Shown piece by piece: positions 44,432 through 54,113 of a stretch of DNA of 64,000 bases; positions within the stretch are counted from its first letter, which is position 1; each line of letters opens with the position of its first letter. Below the pieces are notes generated by a model that ran no database searches, was not told the origin of the DNA, and saw nothing but the letters and a program-made list of their open reading frames with translations. The position numbers were made by a program, and so were the translations under genes. Source of the DNA: an uncultured Methanomicrobiales archaeon (GTDB lineage: Archaea; Halobacteriota; Methanomicrobia; Methanomicrobiales; Methanospirillaceae); contig OY969100.1 in the NCBI GenBank assembly GCA_963697895.1, positions 704,001-768,000 of the forward strand, in the 5' to 3' direction.

Positions 44432-44710
44432 TGTTCGGCCCATGGATAATCCGTCTTGGTCGCCCACCGGCCTTACGCCGTTTTGAGCAGTGGACTCGTT
44501 TTATCCACGCAGTGCCATCTATACCCGTTTGTTCGGCCCCCCAGTGCATTGTCTTTGATCGCTCACCGATCTTACGCCATTTTGAACGGATTACTCAATG
44601 CATCAGGGCATCACGGATATTGAGATACACTGTTCGGCCCTGTGATGATGCGTCTTTGTCGTCGGCAGGTCGTCGCGCCGTTCTGACTTGCAGACTGCCA
44701 TACAGCACAG
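44432..44710. repeat. Three degenerate 55-56-nt non-coding repeats with unique 43-45-nt spacers (candidate structured ncRNA array)
   Basis: TGTTCGGCCC-N11-GTCTT...CGCC(G/A)TT(T/C)TGA at 44432-44486, 44530-44585 and 44631-44686. Confidence 0.85.
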
Positions 44711-44757
44711 CACCGGTATCCCGGTATACTCTTCTCTGAGGCATATCCCAATAGTTG

Positions 44758-44775
44758 TCTTAATATAAAAATATA
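44758..44775 (-). promoter_or_regulatory. Putative TATA box pointing into the repeat array
   Basis: Minus strand reads TTTTATATTAAG, placing a start near 44740, about 50 nt before the first unit; weak because the region is AT-rich. Confidence 0.35.
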
Positions 44776-44877
44776 TCGAAATGAGTACCGTATAAAGAAG
44801 GAGATTGTTTATAGTGTCGATGAAACGCGCATATTTTATCCGTGTATAATTAAAAAATAAATAGGAATTATCTCTCT

Positions 44878-45219
44878 TCAGTGCAGTTCTGGATGGAATT
44901 CCTTCACCGGGGCGCAAGGCCTGTCACCCGAAATAACCCTTTTTATGTCCCTATAGTGCATGATAAAGACTTTCTGCCGTATCAATGCAGTCAGTTCCCT
45001 TTTTTTAACGGAAATGAGGGGTGAAAACCATGCCGTTCCTTCCTGTTCGCCATGAAAATCGACGACTTCGGCAGCCTGATCGCTCGACAACACCAGTATC
45101 TCCTCCGGTGTGATATAGAACCGGGCCCCCGCAATCTCCATGACAAGCCCCTTTCCGGAACGCCGGGCCGAACCAACCGGGGTGTATAGCTCACACACAA
45201 CATGTCTCATGCCACTCAC
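44878..45219 (-). CDS. Hypothetical protein
   Basis: 113-aa ORF with globular composition; no motif recognised. Confidence 0.65.
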   Translation of the reverse strand: MSGMRHVVCELYTPVGSARRSGKGLVMEIAGARFYITPEEILVLSSDQAAEVVDFHGEQEGTAWFSPLISVKKRELTALIRQKVFIMHYRDIKRVISGDRPCAPVKEFHPELH

Positions 45220-45987
45220 CTGAGTATCATGGAACTGTTTCTATGTATAGCTGGCGTCTGACAGTTTTTCTGGCTTATATTCCACAATAACCTATATTTA
45301 GAGGATTTTTGGCTTGCCATTATTGCGAAATGGAAGGAAGGAAAATTGAGGAAAAAAACTCGGATTTTTTTCAAGGTATGAAGAGGATCTCATCCACAGG
45401 CCATCCTAAACCTTCCTACTATGATGACATATACCCATGAGTATGCCGGATGGGATAATGCGCGACAATTGCGCTGCCATTACCCTGTATATCAGAATAA
45501 CAAAATCTTTTCTTGCGTATTTTGTGATGTTTTTATTTTTCCGCATCATATTACAATTATTTTGGCTATTTCCTAAATCTTTTAAGAGATCAGCAAGAGC
45601 ACCCCGAATCTCCGCTCGAAGCGGTATCCGGTAACAATATTCGTCTATTTGAGAGAGTTTCTGCATAAAGTATTTATACAGGAACCTAATAAAAAGAAAA
45701 TTGAAACCAACATGCTCCAGTGTGCTGGTATCATCATATGATCAAGCTGATACTCATCAGAAAATATGGTGGCTGATACTCTTCCAGCATCATTATAAGC
45801 CTCTGCTTGGATCATGTTGGTTCTTTCCTATCAGATGATCATGAGTTTAAAATTAATATAGGACGATGTCCATGTTCCGAGGGATATAATTTTTTTGCCT
45901 TCATAAAAAATAAACAAGCATTCGGGACCAGTATCAGATACGGAAATTAATGATTCACTGGCGACCCTGTCTGCGGGGAATTGGATA

Positions 45988-47727
45988 TCACCCGATTACA
46001 ATGTATGCAATTATGGAAAGAAGAAATGCAAGGAGCAATATCGCGATACTTAATGGACCGATAAAAAGGATCATCGTATTCACCGTACTGGCAAGTTGGG
46101 CAATGCGTTGAGAGCCAAAGACGACGATCCGTTCGCAGGTCACCGTGCTTGCCGAGACTTCAGCAGGTGAGAGATCCTGAAGCGCTGACTGAATCGCAGT
46201 ATTGACAAATCCCAGTATCTCTTCCGGCGGGACATGGAGACCGATTGGATTTTTTCCGGTTATCAGATTTACGACATGAGAATCAGTTGTCATTATTTCT
46301 GCTTCGTCTATTTGCATCAGGATATGATCCCGGAATATTTCTCTCGCACCCGACTCCATATTATTTCCATCGAAGAGCATATACGCCGTGGTTTGACCAT
46401 GCACCCGCACGACCAGGGTCTGTATGCCACGGTCCCCAAATCCCTGTGCACGCGTGAATGGAAGGTTGATCTCTGAGACACCAATTTCAAAGGGGTATTG
46501 ATCCAAGGAAGGTGCTTCGTCGATAGCCTGGGTGCTTGCCTTGATATACTCGGTTGCAAGAAGAGTCGCAGGGAGTACATGGCTGATATCCCCGGTAAAG
46601 GAGTTATGTGCATCAATAAATGCGATGTGAGGAAAAGAGCGATGCCCCTCAGCCATTATCATCAGACCGATGCCGACATCAAGATCTTCAGTTTTTTCCG
46701 GAGATCGGGTGCATATAAGGAGAAGGGCATCCGAAAATCGCTGGAAGAGCAAACTGACCGATCCATACCGGACTCTTTTTGAAATCGATGCGTCATTCGA
46801 ATAGGTAAGTTGATCGCGGGAGCCCTGTACTGCATCGATTATCTTGTCGATCTCTGTCTCGGAAACCAGGTTGAAATCATGGGTGGCAGCTCCGTGGGGT
46901 ACCATTACCAGCTCGTCGAATGCCCTCTGGAAACAATTTGGCAGGTTTCCCCCTCCGATCTCCCCCATCGGACCGGGATGCACATTTGGGATCGTCATAA
47001 TCACCCCGCGACGTTCCGGACGGCGGAAGAAGAGGGTTACCTCGGGTACATAGACTTCTTCGCCAATTTTACGGAAAAATTCCTCGAGGTCTTTGGATCC
47101 ATCGGTGAGATGGGCGATAAATGCATTGACAAAATCCAGAATACGAATATGAAATGTTTTATAGAGGGGTCGCTCGATCAGCCGGATCAGCAAAATAAAG
47201 CCTACACCAAAGAACAGCTGGAGGAGGAGTCCGAGGAGGAGGAACCCTGGCGGTAGAATGAGTGTCCCGAAGATCAGACCGGCAATACTCTGGGTTGCCG
47301 CGGGAATAATCATTCGACGGATACGGTAATCTGCGACAGCAACAAGTATCAGGAGACGAGAACCGAACATGAATCCCAGGGAAATGGCGACTGCAAGGGA
47401 GAGAAGTGAAACAGATAATACCAGCGAGAAGAGGGTGATGATTACCCCGAATACCATAGTCGCGAGGGCCAGCAACGCAGAACGGTTCCAGGTCATCGGT
47501 TTGCCGGTTATGTTGACGAGGACTTTCGTCAGTATTATACCGATGATTGCGGGAATAGTGAATACCAGAGATCCGAGAAAATGGTAGGAATCTCCGATCC
47601 GGAAGCTGACAACATCGAGGAGAAGCCCGATGATAATGATGATTCCGACCGAGATTGGCCAGGAAGGTGCGCTGAACAGATAACGGGCAAGCCGTTCGAG
47701 CCGTACATCTCCCTGGAGCACCATCAA
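45988..47727 (-). CDS. DUF2070 family membrane protein
   Basis: N-terminal TM helices; HPGPMGEIGGGNLP, HGAATHDFN, DAHN, DGNNM, TTDSH. Confidence 0.88.
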   Translation of the reverse strand: MMVLQGDVRLERLARYLFSAPSWPISVGIIIIIGLLLDVVSFRIGDSYHFLGSLVFTIPAIIGIILTKVLVNITGKPMTWNRSALLALATMVFGVIITLFSLVLSVSLLSLAVAISLGFMFGSRLLILVAVADYRIRRMIIPAATQSIAGLIFGTLILPPGFLLLGLLLQLFFGVGFILLIRLIERPLYKTFHIRILDFVNAFIAHLTDGSKDLEEFFRKIGEEVYVPEVTLFFRRPERRGVIMTIPNVHPGPMGEIGGGNLPNCFQRAFDELVMVPHGAATHDFNLVSETEIDKIIDAVQGSRDQLTYSNDASISKRVRYGSVSLLFQRFSDALLLICTRSPEKTEDLDVGIGLMIMAEGHRSFPHIAFIDAHNSFTGDISHVLPATLLATEYIKASTQAIDEAPSLDQYPFEIGVSEINLPFTRAQGFGDRGIQTLVVRVHGQTTAYMLFDGNNMESGAREIFRDHILMQIDEAEIMTTDSHVVNLITGKNPIGLHVPPEEILGFVNTAIQSALQDLSPAEVSASTVTCERIVVFGSQRIAQLASTVNTMILFIGPLSIAILLLAFLLSIIAYIVIG

Positions 47728-48381
47728 GAAAACCCGCCCAATACCAACTCGCTCCGATCTGCGTGTATATGGATCTCAGATGTCTTATAGGTGATTGGAC
47801 GTGTGTAGAAAGGAGCATTTAGGGTGAGGCTTTCATATTCCCCGCCCTCACCCGCGAGATGAATGTGATAGCGGGAAGCGATCATTTTGAGGTCTTTGAT
47901 CAACGATTCGTCGATATGAGCCCCGAGAAAATGTGGACCGAGGCCATCAGCAGCGGTAACTACAATAATAGACTCCAGTCGTGCTGCCACCTCGCGGAGA
48001 AGGGACTCGGGATCCATGTGCCAGAGGGGGCAAAATACCTTCATCGCATGTTTCGCAGCGATACGATCGATTCGCTGGCGCTGGTATTCCGACGCAACAG
48101 CGCCAGTAATAATCCCCTCAACAGGAAGATCCCGTATTCCCGCTTCCAGTTCGACGAGTTCCTCTTCCTTTTTTCCTTCCGAACGGATCTCATGGTAAGA
48201 TATCCCAGAGGCGTCGGCGATCACCGGTACCGCATCAAGGTTGGAGCTGATGGAACATGTAAGAATCGGGGTTCCGTGGCCGGATCGTCACAAGATAATC
48301 TACTTCCATATCGGAATCAATCGCACGCTGGATCGAGAGGATAGAGTCCTTTCCCCCGGAGGTCAATGCCGCCCATCCCAT
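47724..48381 (-). CDS. Diphthine--ammonia ligase family (PP-loop ATPase); apparent +1 frameshift near 48249
   Basis: SGGKDS and PDSYMFH in one frame; GAVASEYQ, PLW and GEGGEYES in the next. Confidence 0.88.
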
Positions 48382-48386
48382 CCTGC

Positions 48387-49286
48387 TCACCATCTCCTGC
48401 TTCCCGGTGCCGGAAATGCCCCAAAATATGTCCGGTACCGTGTCTGCAGATCATCCCACCGCGGAAGATATTTCTGGCAACCCCGGTGTTCCACAATGAA
48501 AGCAGCGGTAATCGTACCAATTCTACAGCAATCAATTGCATCGTACCCCCGCATATATGCAGTAAGAAAGCCGGCCCGGTACGCGTCCCCCGCACCCGTC
48601 GGATCCATTCTCTCCACAGGAACCGCGGGAATGTGTTCACTTGTTCCCTGCTCATGAAGCACGCTCCCCCCGTGCCCCATAGTGAAGACTGCAATAGGTA
48701 CTCGTTGTATTATCTCCTCTTCCGTCGAATTCAATATTCGACACATTCCCAGCACTTCGTGCTGATTTGCAAATAGGAGGGATATTCGGTCAAGGATTCC
48801 CGATAACTGAATTTTCGAATAACGATGAATATCCTGCCCTGGATCGAAAGATGAAAAACCGCTCTTTTCAGCAATCCGGAGATTGAAATCCGGATCCGCC
48901 GTTGCCATATGAACGAAAGGAAGACTGGGAGCCTCAGCGTCGGCAAACGCCCGTGATGCGCCCCAGTCGAAATAGGTGACCTGATCGCCCTCCCGATCTG
49001 TGAAGATGAATGCCGCGGCAGTAGGGAGATCCGTCCTGATAAAAAATTGCCGCTGAATCCCGAGTTGGTTCATCCAGCGGTCATATTCACTCCCGGGAAA
49101 GTCAAAACCGATCGCCGATATCAGAGTACACGACTCCCCAAGCCGGGTGATTCCGGCAGCGATATTTGCGGCCCCTCCGCCAAAATCCATGTGGCGCTCA
49201 AGTATCAGTGTGGAGCTGTTTTTTACCGGGATAACAGGCACCTGCATCAGATGATCGATCGCGGTGTGACCCACGACGTATATCAT
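48387..49286 (-). CDS. PfkB-family carbohydrate/nucleoside kinase
   Basis: [30 protein letters not shown]. Confidence 0.92.
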   Translation of the reverse strand: MIYVVGHTAIDHLMQVPVIPVKNSSTLILERHMDFGGGAANIAAGITRLGESCTLISAIGFDFPGSEYDRWMNQLGIQRQFFIRTDLPTAAAFIFTDREGDQVTYFDWGASRAFADAEAPSLPFVHMATADPDFNLRIAEKSGFSSFDPGQDIHRYSKIQLSGILDRISLLFANQHEVLGMCRILNSTEEEIIQRVPIAVFTMGHGGSVLHEQGTSEHIPAVPVERMDPTGAGDAYRAGFLTAYMRGYDAIDCCRIGTITAAFIVEHRGCQKYLPRWDDLQTRYRTYFGAFPAPGSRRW

Positions 49287-49621
49287 GATTCCTGCACATC
49301 CTTCACTTTCAGGGGTACATCACGGAGTGCTTTACCGATGACCGATTTTGCAATCCTGCCTGCGTGCTCCTTGGATTCTGCCTTAAACACTTTCAGTTCG
49401 AGAGACAGGCCAACGAGAGCCGTGTCTGCCACAACGATTGCACTGTTCAGCTCGCCCTCACAGAACGGGCAGGCGAGCATCCCGATCTCTACCTCAACAT
49501 TTTTTGCAGCAGGATTGAGTCTCTTTCCTGCTTCACTTATCGCAATACCGATGGCGTCATCGAGGGATTTAACATCTCTGATAATCCATGCAGATTCCAG
49601 TGTTACACAATAATCAGGCAT
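49283..49621 (-). CDS. DUF555/UPF0212 protein
   Basis: [33 protein letters not shown]. Confidence 0.9.
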   Translation of the reverse strand: MPDYCVTLESAWIIRDVKSLDDAIGIAISEAGKRLNPAAKNVEVEIGMLACPFCEGELNSAIVVADTALVGLSLELKVFKAESKEHAGRIAKSVIGKALRDVPLKVKDVQES

Positions 49622-49638
49622 TCATTTCCTCAAATTGA

Positions 49639-50169
49639 TCATTCCCAGTATTCCTGGTGCACATGTTCCTCAATTGCCATACGATCGGTCAATATCGGCG
49701 GACTTTGCCCCTTACCGACGCACAATATCGAAACGGGACGGATATGGGGTGGCAAGCCGAGAATCTCCCGTATCTCACCTTCATCCATCGCTCCTACCCA
49801 GCAGGAGGCCAGTCGCTCTGCATGAGACGCGAGCATCATATATGTACATGCGATCGTCGCATCCTGAACCGCATACAGGATCCCTCGTTCCCCGTACCGC
49901 GACATGGAACGAATATAATTCGCACAGATAACAAATAGTACGGCCGCATGTTCTACCTGCGGTTGATCGAATGCTGCCCGGGAGAGTGCATTTTTTACCT
50001 CCTCATCGAGGACTACCACGACATCCCATGCTTCAAGGTTGCCCGCACTCGGCGCAGTTGTCGCGCACGCAAGGATATACCTGATCTGCCCGGGTGTGAC
50101 CTCTTCCGCGGAATATTCCCTGACCGAACTCCGGTTGGCCAGGAAATCAAAAAACTCAGATGAGTCCAT
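49639..50169 (-). CDS. Nitroreductase family protein
   Basis: RSSVREY, APSAGNLEAW, SCWVGA. Confidence 0.9.
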   Translation of the reverse strand: MDSSEFFDFLANRSSVREYSAEEVTPGQIRYILACATTAPSAGNLEAWDVVVVLDEEVKNALSRAAFDQPQVEHAAVLFVICANYIRSMSRYGERGILYAVQDATIACTYMMLASHAERLASCWVGAMDEGEIREILGLPPHIRPVSILCVGKGQSPPILTDRMAIEEHVHQEYWE

Positions 50170-50512
50170 GTTCGTTGAGCACCAGCCATGCTGCCTGTGC
50201 TGCGGTCGTCGATGCGCTGATAGATTCGCTAATCCTGAGCGATGCGGCCCCGAATTGATCGCTTTCAGCAAGGCTGATAGCCTCGCTCAGGAGATCCCCC
50301 GCCTTCCTGAATTCTCCGATGGAGGTATTTGCGAAGGCAAATCCAATCTCAGATCGAACAGACTCCATCAGCAGGATGAGCATCCTCTTCCCCCCGGGCC
50401 GCTCAGTCACCGGAAACGCCGGAAGAGCGGTTGAAAGTTGCGAACAGATGATCAGCTCTGATTTTGCCCGTTCACCAAAGGTGTAGGTCTTCACTGCGGT
50501 TTTCTGATCCAT
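50156..50512 (-). CDS. Conserved hypothetical helical protein
   Basis: In-operon ORF overlapping the nitroreductase start. Confidence 0.7.
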   Translation of the reverse strand: MDQKTAVKTYTFGERAKSELIICSQLSTALPAFPVTERPGGKRMLILLMESVRSEIGFAFANTSIGEFRKAGDLLSEAISLAESDQFGAASLRISESISASTTAAQAAWLVLNEHGLI

Positions 50513-50620
50513 ACACATTAGAATATCCCTGGAAATAAAAGATCATTGTTTTCAGATAAAAAGAGAAGGGCGGACCGATTTCATCCCTTTACCAGAATTC
50601 CGGCCCGGAAAGCATATCGA

Positions 50621-50939
50621 TTATCGTGCGGATTTCTGTTTGGCTCCGAGCATGGAAACTTTTGCGCGCCGCATGGACTTCCTGACAATTGAATTCTCAT
50701 TGGCCCCCATATCGCGTCCCCTGCCGCCGCGACCGGAGACTCCGCCTGCCGCCCCTTCCGCCGCGCCCACCGCCCCGCTGATCCCCGGTGCTCTGTTCAA
50801 GTTTCTTGACCGTAGCACCTGCCTTAAAGCGTTGATTCGGGCCTGGTGTCTTTGATTCCCCTTCAGATCTCGGAACCAGTCTGATTTGTCCTTTGACACC
50901 CTTGACCTGGACCCATTGTGTTGTTCCTGTCTTTCCCAT
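50621..50939 (-). CDS. DUF5350-like small basic RGG-rich protein; apparent +1 frameshift at 50739
   Basis: MGKTGTTQWVQVKGVKGQIRLVP...GPNQRFK, then VRKSMRRAKVSMLGAKQK in the +1 frame; AAGGAG RBS. Confidence 0.8.
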
Positions 50940-51025
50940 GATTAAACTCCTTTAATTATACCGTTTCTGTTCCTATAAAGGTATGCGAATAAGTCGATTC
51001 ATCGACAACAGGATAGTTCCTGACA

Positions 51026-52885
51026 TCATTCATCCAGGATCTGATCGATCTCACGTTCGAGGGTTTCACATACTACTTTCCCATCAATTGACCCGCGAAC
51101 TTCTTCCATGACAATTCCCATGATCGGTCCGATCGCTCTCTTCCCCCGTTGTTTAATAAAATCGATCCGCTCGTGCACGACCCGCCGGACGATCGTTTCC
51201 AGATCGGTTGAGGATATGGATGAGGTACATTCGCTAATTGCCGTTTCAAGCGGAATGCCGGTAGCAATACTGGTTAAAATACGGGGAATTGCCTCCTTTG
51301 CCGCAGATCCGTTTTCCACCGCGCACATCACCTCGATCAATACGGGACCCAGATCGGTATCCTTCGGTTCATTCACCAGTACCCGGATATCGACCCCTTC
51401 CCGGGAAAGCTCCTTGAGTGTGGAAAAGATGGTGCGGGATGCCAGGTTCGGGTTGATCCCCACCTGTATTGCCCGCTCGAACAGCCAGAGGTATTCGGAA
51501 TAGGCGATCTGCCGTGATAATGCCGGATCGAAACCAAACTCACGGGAAAATCGGTCGGCTTTGACGGTTAACAATTCCGGCAGTGGCAGCGAGTCCCAGA
51601 GTTCCCGGTCAACGGAGACCGGGAAAACATCCGTTTCCGGATACATGCGGGCTGCGCCTGGGAGCGGCCTCATGTACGCTGAATTTCCTTCCTCGATCAT
51701 CTTACGGGTCTCTTCCGGGACACCGTTCAGGGCCGCATTCGCTCTCCTCATCACCTGAGCAGCGGCACACGTGGTCTGAGCATGGTTACCGGCCACGATC
51801 GCCACACAATCGGAAGGACCGGCGCCGACGCATTCACGGAGGCGTGTTACTTCGTCATGGGTAATTCCATAGGCTGGAAGTTCATCGGTATGAAAGATCC
51901 CCCCTACACCGCATTTTTTTGCATAATCGGATAATTCACTTCCAAATCGGCGACCAGGCTGGATCTCCCTCCCGACAATCCCTGCAAATCCTCTGAGCGA
52001 GACGGCGAGGATCCTATCTGCCTTTCTCAGTATGGACGATCGGGTTTCTTCGAATATACTTGATACATCGATCGGGTCTGAATCAACTGAAGCCCCCCTC
52101 TTCCGGAGTTCCGTCCGGATCTGCAGGAGTCCCTGTTGACGGCAGACTTCCCGCCGCACGACTTCGCTGATGAGATCGAGATCCTGGACTCCTTTGATCT
52201 CGATTCGGGCGCCTTCACGGATGGAAATATTGATATCCTGTCTGATGGTACCGAGTCCCCGTTTCACCCGCCCGGTTGAACGCAGAACCATGCCCAGATA
52301 TTGAGCCATCTGTTGCACGTCCTCCGGTGTGTGCATGCAGGGTGAAGTGGTGATTTCGACGAGAGGGATTCCGAGGCGATCGAGGGAAAAGATCTCATCC
52401 TTCACCCGCTGTGCCGCCTCTTCTTCCAGACACAGGGTTTCGATCCTCCCCCCGCCAGGGAGATCCCCGTCGATGGCGATGAGGGCGGTCCGCTGGAAAC
52501 CACTCGTATTAGATCCATCGATCACCAGTTTTCTCATCGTATGCACCTGCTGCACCGGGGTCATGCCGAAACACTTTGCAATGGTGAGACAGATAGTGAA
52601 GGCTTCGTCGTCTAGCAGGGAAGGCGGCTCTTCGTCGTTCTCGACCAGACAGGTTGTGTCGTACGTAAAATACCGGAACCGACGTTCCTGCTTCATCTCT
52701 TCTTTCGCTGCTTCGTCAATCTCGCCGAGTTCGCTAACGGTAGCACGTAAAAACCGGAAGAATTCGCCGTTCCTTTCCTCGAATTTTCGGAGGACGGTCG
52801 GGCATCCGCAGAAGAGTTTCTCCCGGGTATTCAGCTGCTGGTGGATCTCGATGCCTGCTTTGAGGCCGAGAGATTCATAATCCAT
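51026..52885 (-). CDS. gatE: Glu-tRNA(Gln) amidotransferase subunit E
   Basis: GIEIHQQL, IDGSNTSGFQRT, LDRLGIPL, RGLGTIRQD, ARMYPETD. Confidence 0.98.
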   Translation of the reverse strand: MDYESLGLKAGIEIHQQLNTREKLFCGCPTVLRKFEERNGEFFRFLRATVSELGEIDEAAKEEMKQERRFRYFTYDTTCLVENDEEPPSLLDDEAFTICLTIAKCFGMTPVQQVHTMRKLVIDGSNTSGFQRTALIAIDGDLPGGGRIETLCLEEEAAQRVKDEIFSLDRLGIPLVEITTSPCMHTPEDVQQMAQYLGMVLRSTGRVKRGLGTIRQDINISIREGARIEIKGVQDLDLISEVVRREVCRQQGLLQIRTELRKRGASVDSDPIDVSSIFEETRSSILRKADRILAVSLRGFAGIVGREIQPGRRFGSELSDYAKKCGVGGIFHTDELPAYGITHDEVTRLRECVGAGPSDCVAIVAGNHAQTTCAAAQVMRRANAALNGVPEETRKMIEEGNSAYMRPLPGAARMYPETDVFPVSVDRELWDSLPLPELLTVKADRFSREFGFDPALSRQIAYSEYLWLFERAIQVGINPNLASRTIFSTLKELSREGVDIRVLVNEPKDTDLGPVLIEVMCAVENGSAAKEAIPRILTSIATGIPLETAISECTSSISSTDLETIVRRVVHERIDFIKQRGKRAIGPIMGIVMEEVRGSIDGKVVCETLEREIDQILDE

Positions 52886-54113
52886 CAAGAGACCTCCGGT
52901 TACACTCGCCCCGTATATCCTGTTTCAGGAGAATCTTTGCCCGTTCGGGATCGGGCTCATTTCCGAGGACCCACATGAGTTTTACCAGCGCAGCCTCAGG
53001 GAGCATGTCTTCTCCTTCAATGACTCCGATTTCAAGAAGGTCACGACCGGTGTCATAGACACGATCGCAGATTCTTCCGTTCAGGCACTGCGAGGTCATT
53101 ATCACCGTGGTTCCTTCCTCGATAAGGGATTTTAATGGCGCAATGAGGTTCGTGCTGGTATGCCCCAGCCCGGTCCCCGCAATTACCAGACCCCGGAAAC
53201 CGGCAAATGCTTCAATCATTGATGCCCGCATCCCGGGATAGAAGGAGATCAGCGCACAGCGTTCTTCGAGCCGGTTATGGAGTGCTGGCTCCCGTTCTCC
53301 CCGTCGAACTGCTTTATCACCCAATTTAACTTCAAGCGACGGATACTCGACATAGCCCAGGGGCGGTATACCGATGCTCCGGAACGCATCCCGGCGCGAA
53401 GTATGCATCTTTCGTACCCGCGTCCCACGGTGGATCGCACACCGGTCGTCGCTCGTCGATTCATGCATTACGACCACAACTTCGCCGAGCAGGCTCACGG
53501 CTGCACTCGCGCTACAAAGAGCGTTCATCGTATTGTCGCTGCTGGGACGATCGGCTGACCTCTGTGAACCTACAAAAATAACCGGTACTGGCGTATCCAC
53601 CATAAAACTGACAGCCGCTGCGCTGTAGGCCATCGTATCTGTACCATGGGTTACTATCACCCCGGTCACGCCGTCACATATCTCCCGGTATACTGCCTCC
53701 GCAAGCTCCTGCCATATCCCGGGGGTCATGTTCTCCGAAAGGATCGTGTACAGCTGACGGGTCCGGTACCGGGCAATCGTTCGAAGCCCGGGTATGGCCC
53801 GCAGAATATCATCTGCATCAAACTGGCTGGTAACCGCTCCGGTCCGGTAATCGATACGGCTGGCAATAGTCCCTCCCGTTGAAATAATGGAGATCTCCGG
53901 CAGGGTTTCGTCCTGTGACACCGTTACCTCGCGGGCAGAGGGCATTACCTGGTGTTCGATTAGGGTTATAAAATCTGAGGATACGCCGATGTTGTATCCA
54001 CTGTCGAGCTTCACCACTGCCATGCTGTCCCGTTGAGTAATATAGGTCCCTCTGCGCGCTTCCCGCCCGAAAGAGCAGAGAACCCGGTCGCCTGGTGAAA
54101 ATGTCCCGCTCAC
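52875..54113 (-). CDS. gatD: Glu-tRNA(Gln) amidotransferase subunit D
   Basis: KLDSGYNIG, STGGTIASRIDYRTG, HGTDT, KMHTSRRDAF. Confidence 0.98.
   Translation of the reverse strand: MSGTFSPGDRVLCSFGREARRGTYITQRDSMAVVKLDSGYNIGVSSDFITLIEHQVMPSAREVTVSQDETLPEISIISTGGTIASRIDYRTGAVTSQFDADDILRAIPGLRTIARYRTRQLYTILSENMTPGIWQELAEAVYREICDGVTGVIVTHGTDTMAYSAAAVSFMVDTPVPVIFVGSQRSADRPSSDNTMNALCSASAAVSLLGEVVVVMHESTSDDRCAIHRGTRVRKMHTSRRDAFRSIGIPPLGYVEYPSLEVKLGDKAVRRGEREPALHNRLEERCALISFYPGMRASMIEAFAGFRGLVIAGTGLGHTSTNLIAPLKSLIEEGTTVIMTSQCLNGRICDRVYDTGRDLLEIGVIEGEDMLPEAALVKLMWVLGNEPDPERAKILLKQDIRGECNRRSLDGL

Noticed and set aside
44432-44686. Triple repeat as CRISPR, TIGR array or coding repeat
   Set aside because: Units are too long and degenerate for CRISPR, have no C/D boxes, have no cas or Nop-domain gene nearby, and do not keep one reading frame.
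45406-45666. 86-aa and 65-aa ORFs in AT-rich DNA
   Set aside because: No RBS or recognisable motif; probably spurious.
45728-45760. CTGATGA on the minus strand resembling a hammerhead core or C box
   Set aside because: The stem after it is not followed by GAAA, and the box order does not give a C/D guide.
15941-50939. PP2C, MscS, HFX_2341-like, diphthine ligase and DUF5350 as true pseudogenes or programmed frameshifts
   Set aside because: No slippery sites; all breaks share the AGCT context and the same lesion hits a tRNA, which favours a sequencing artefact.
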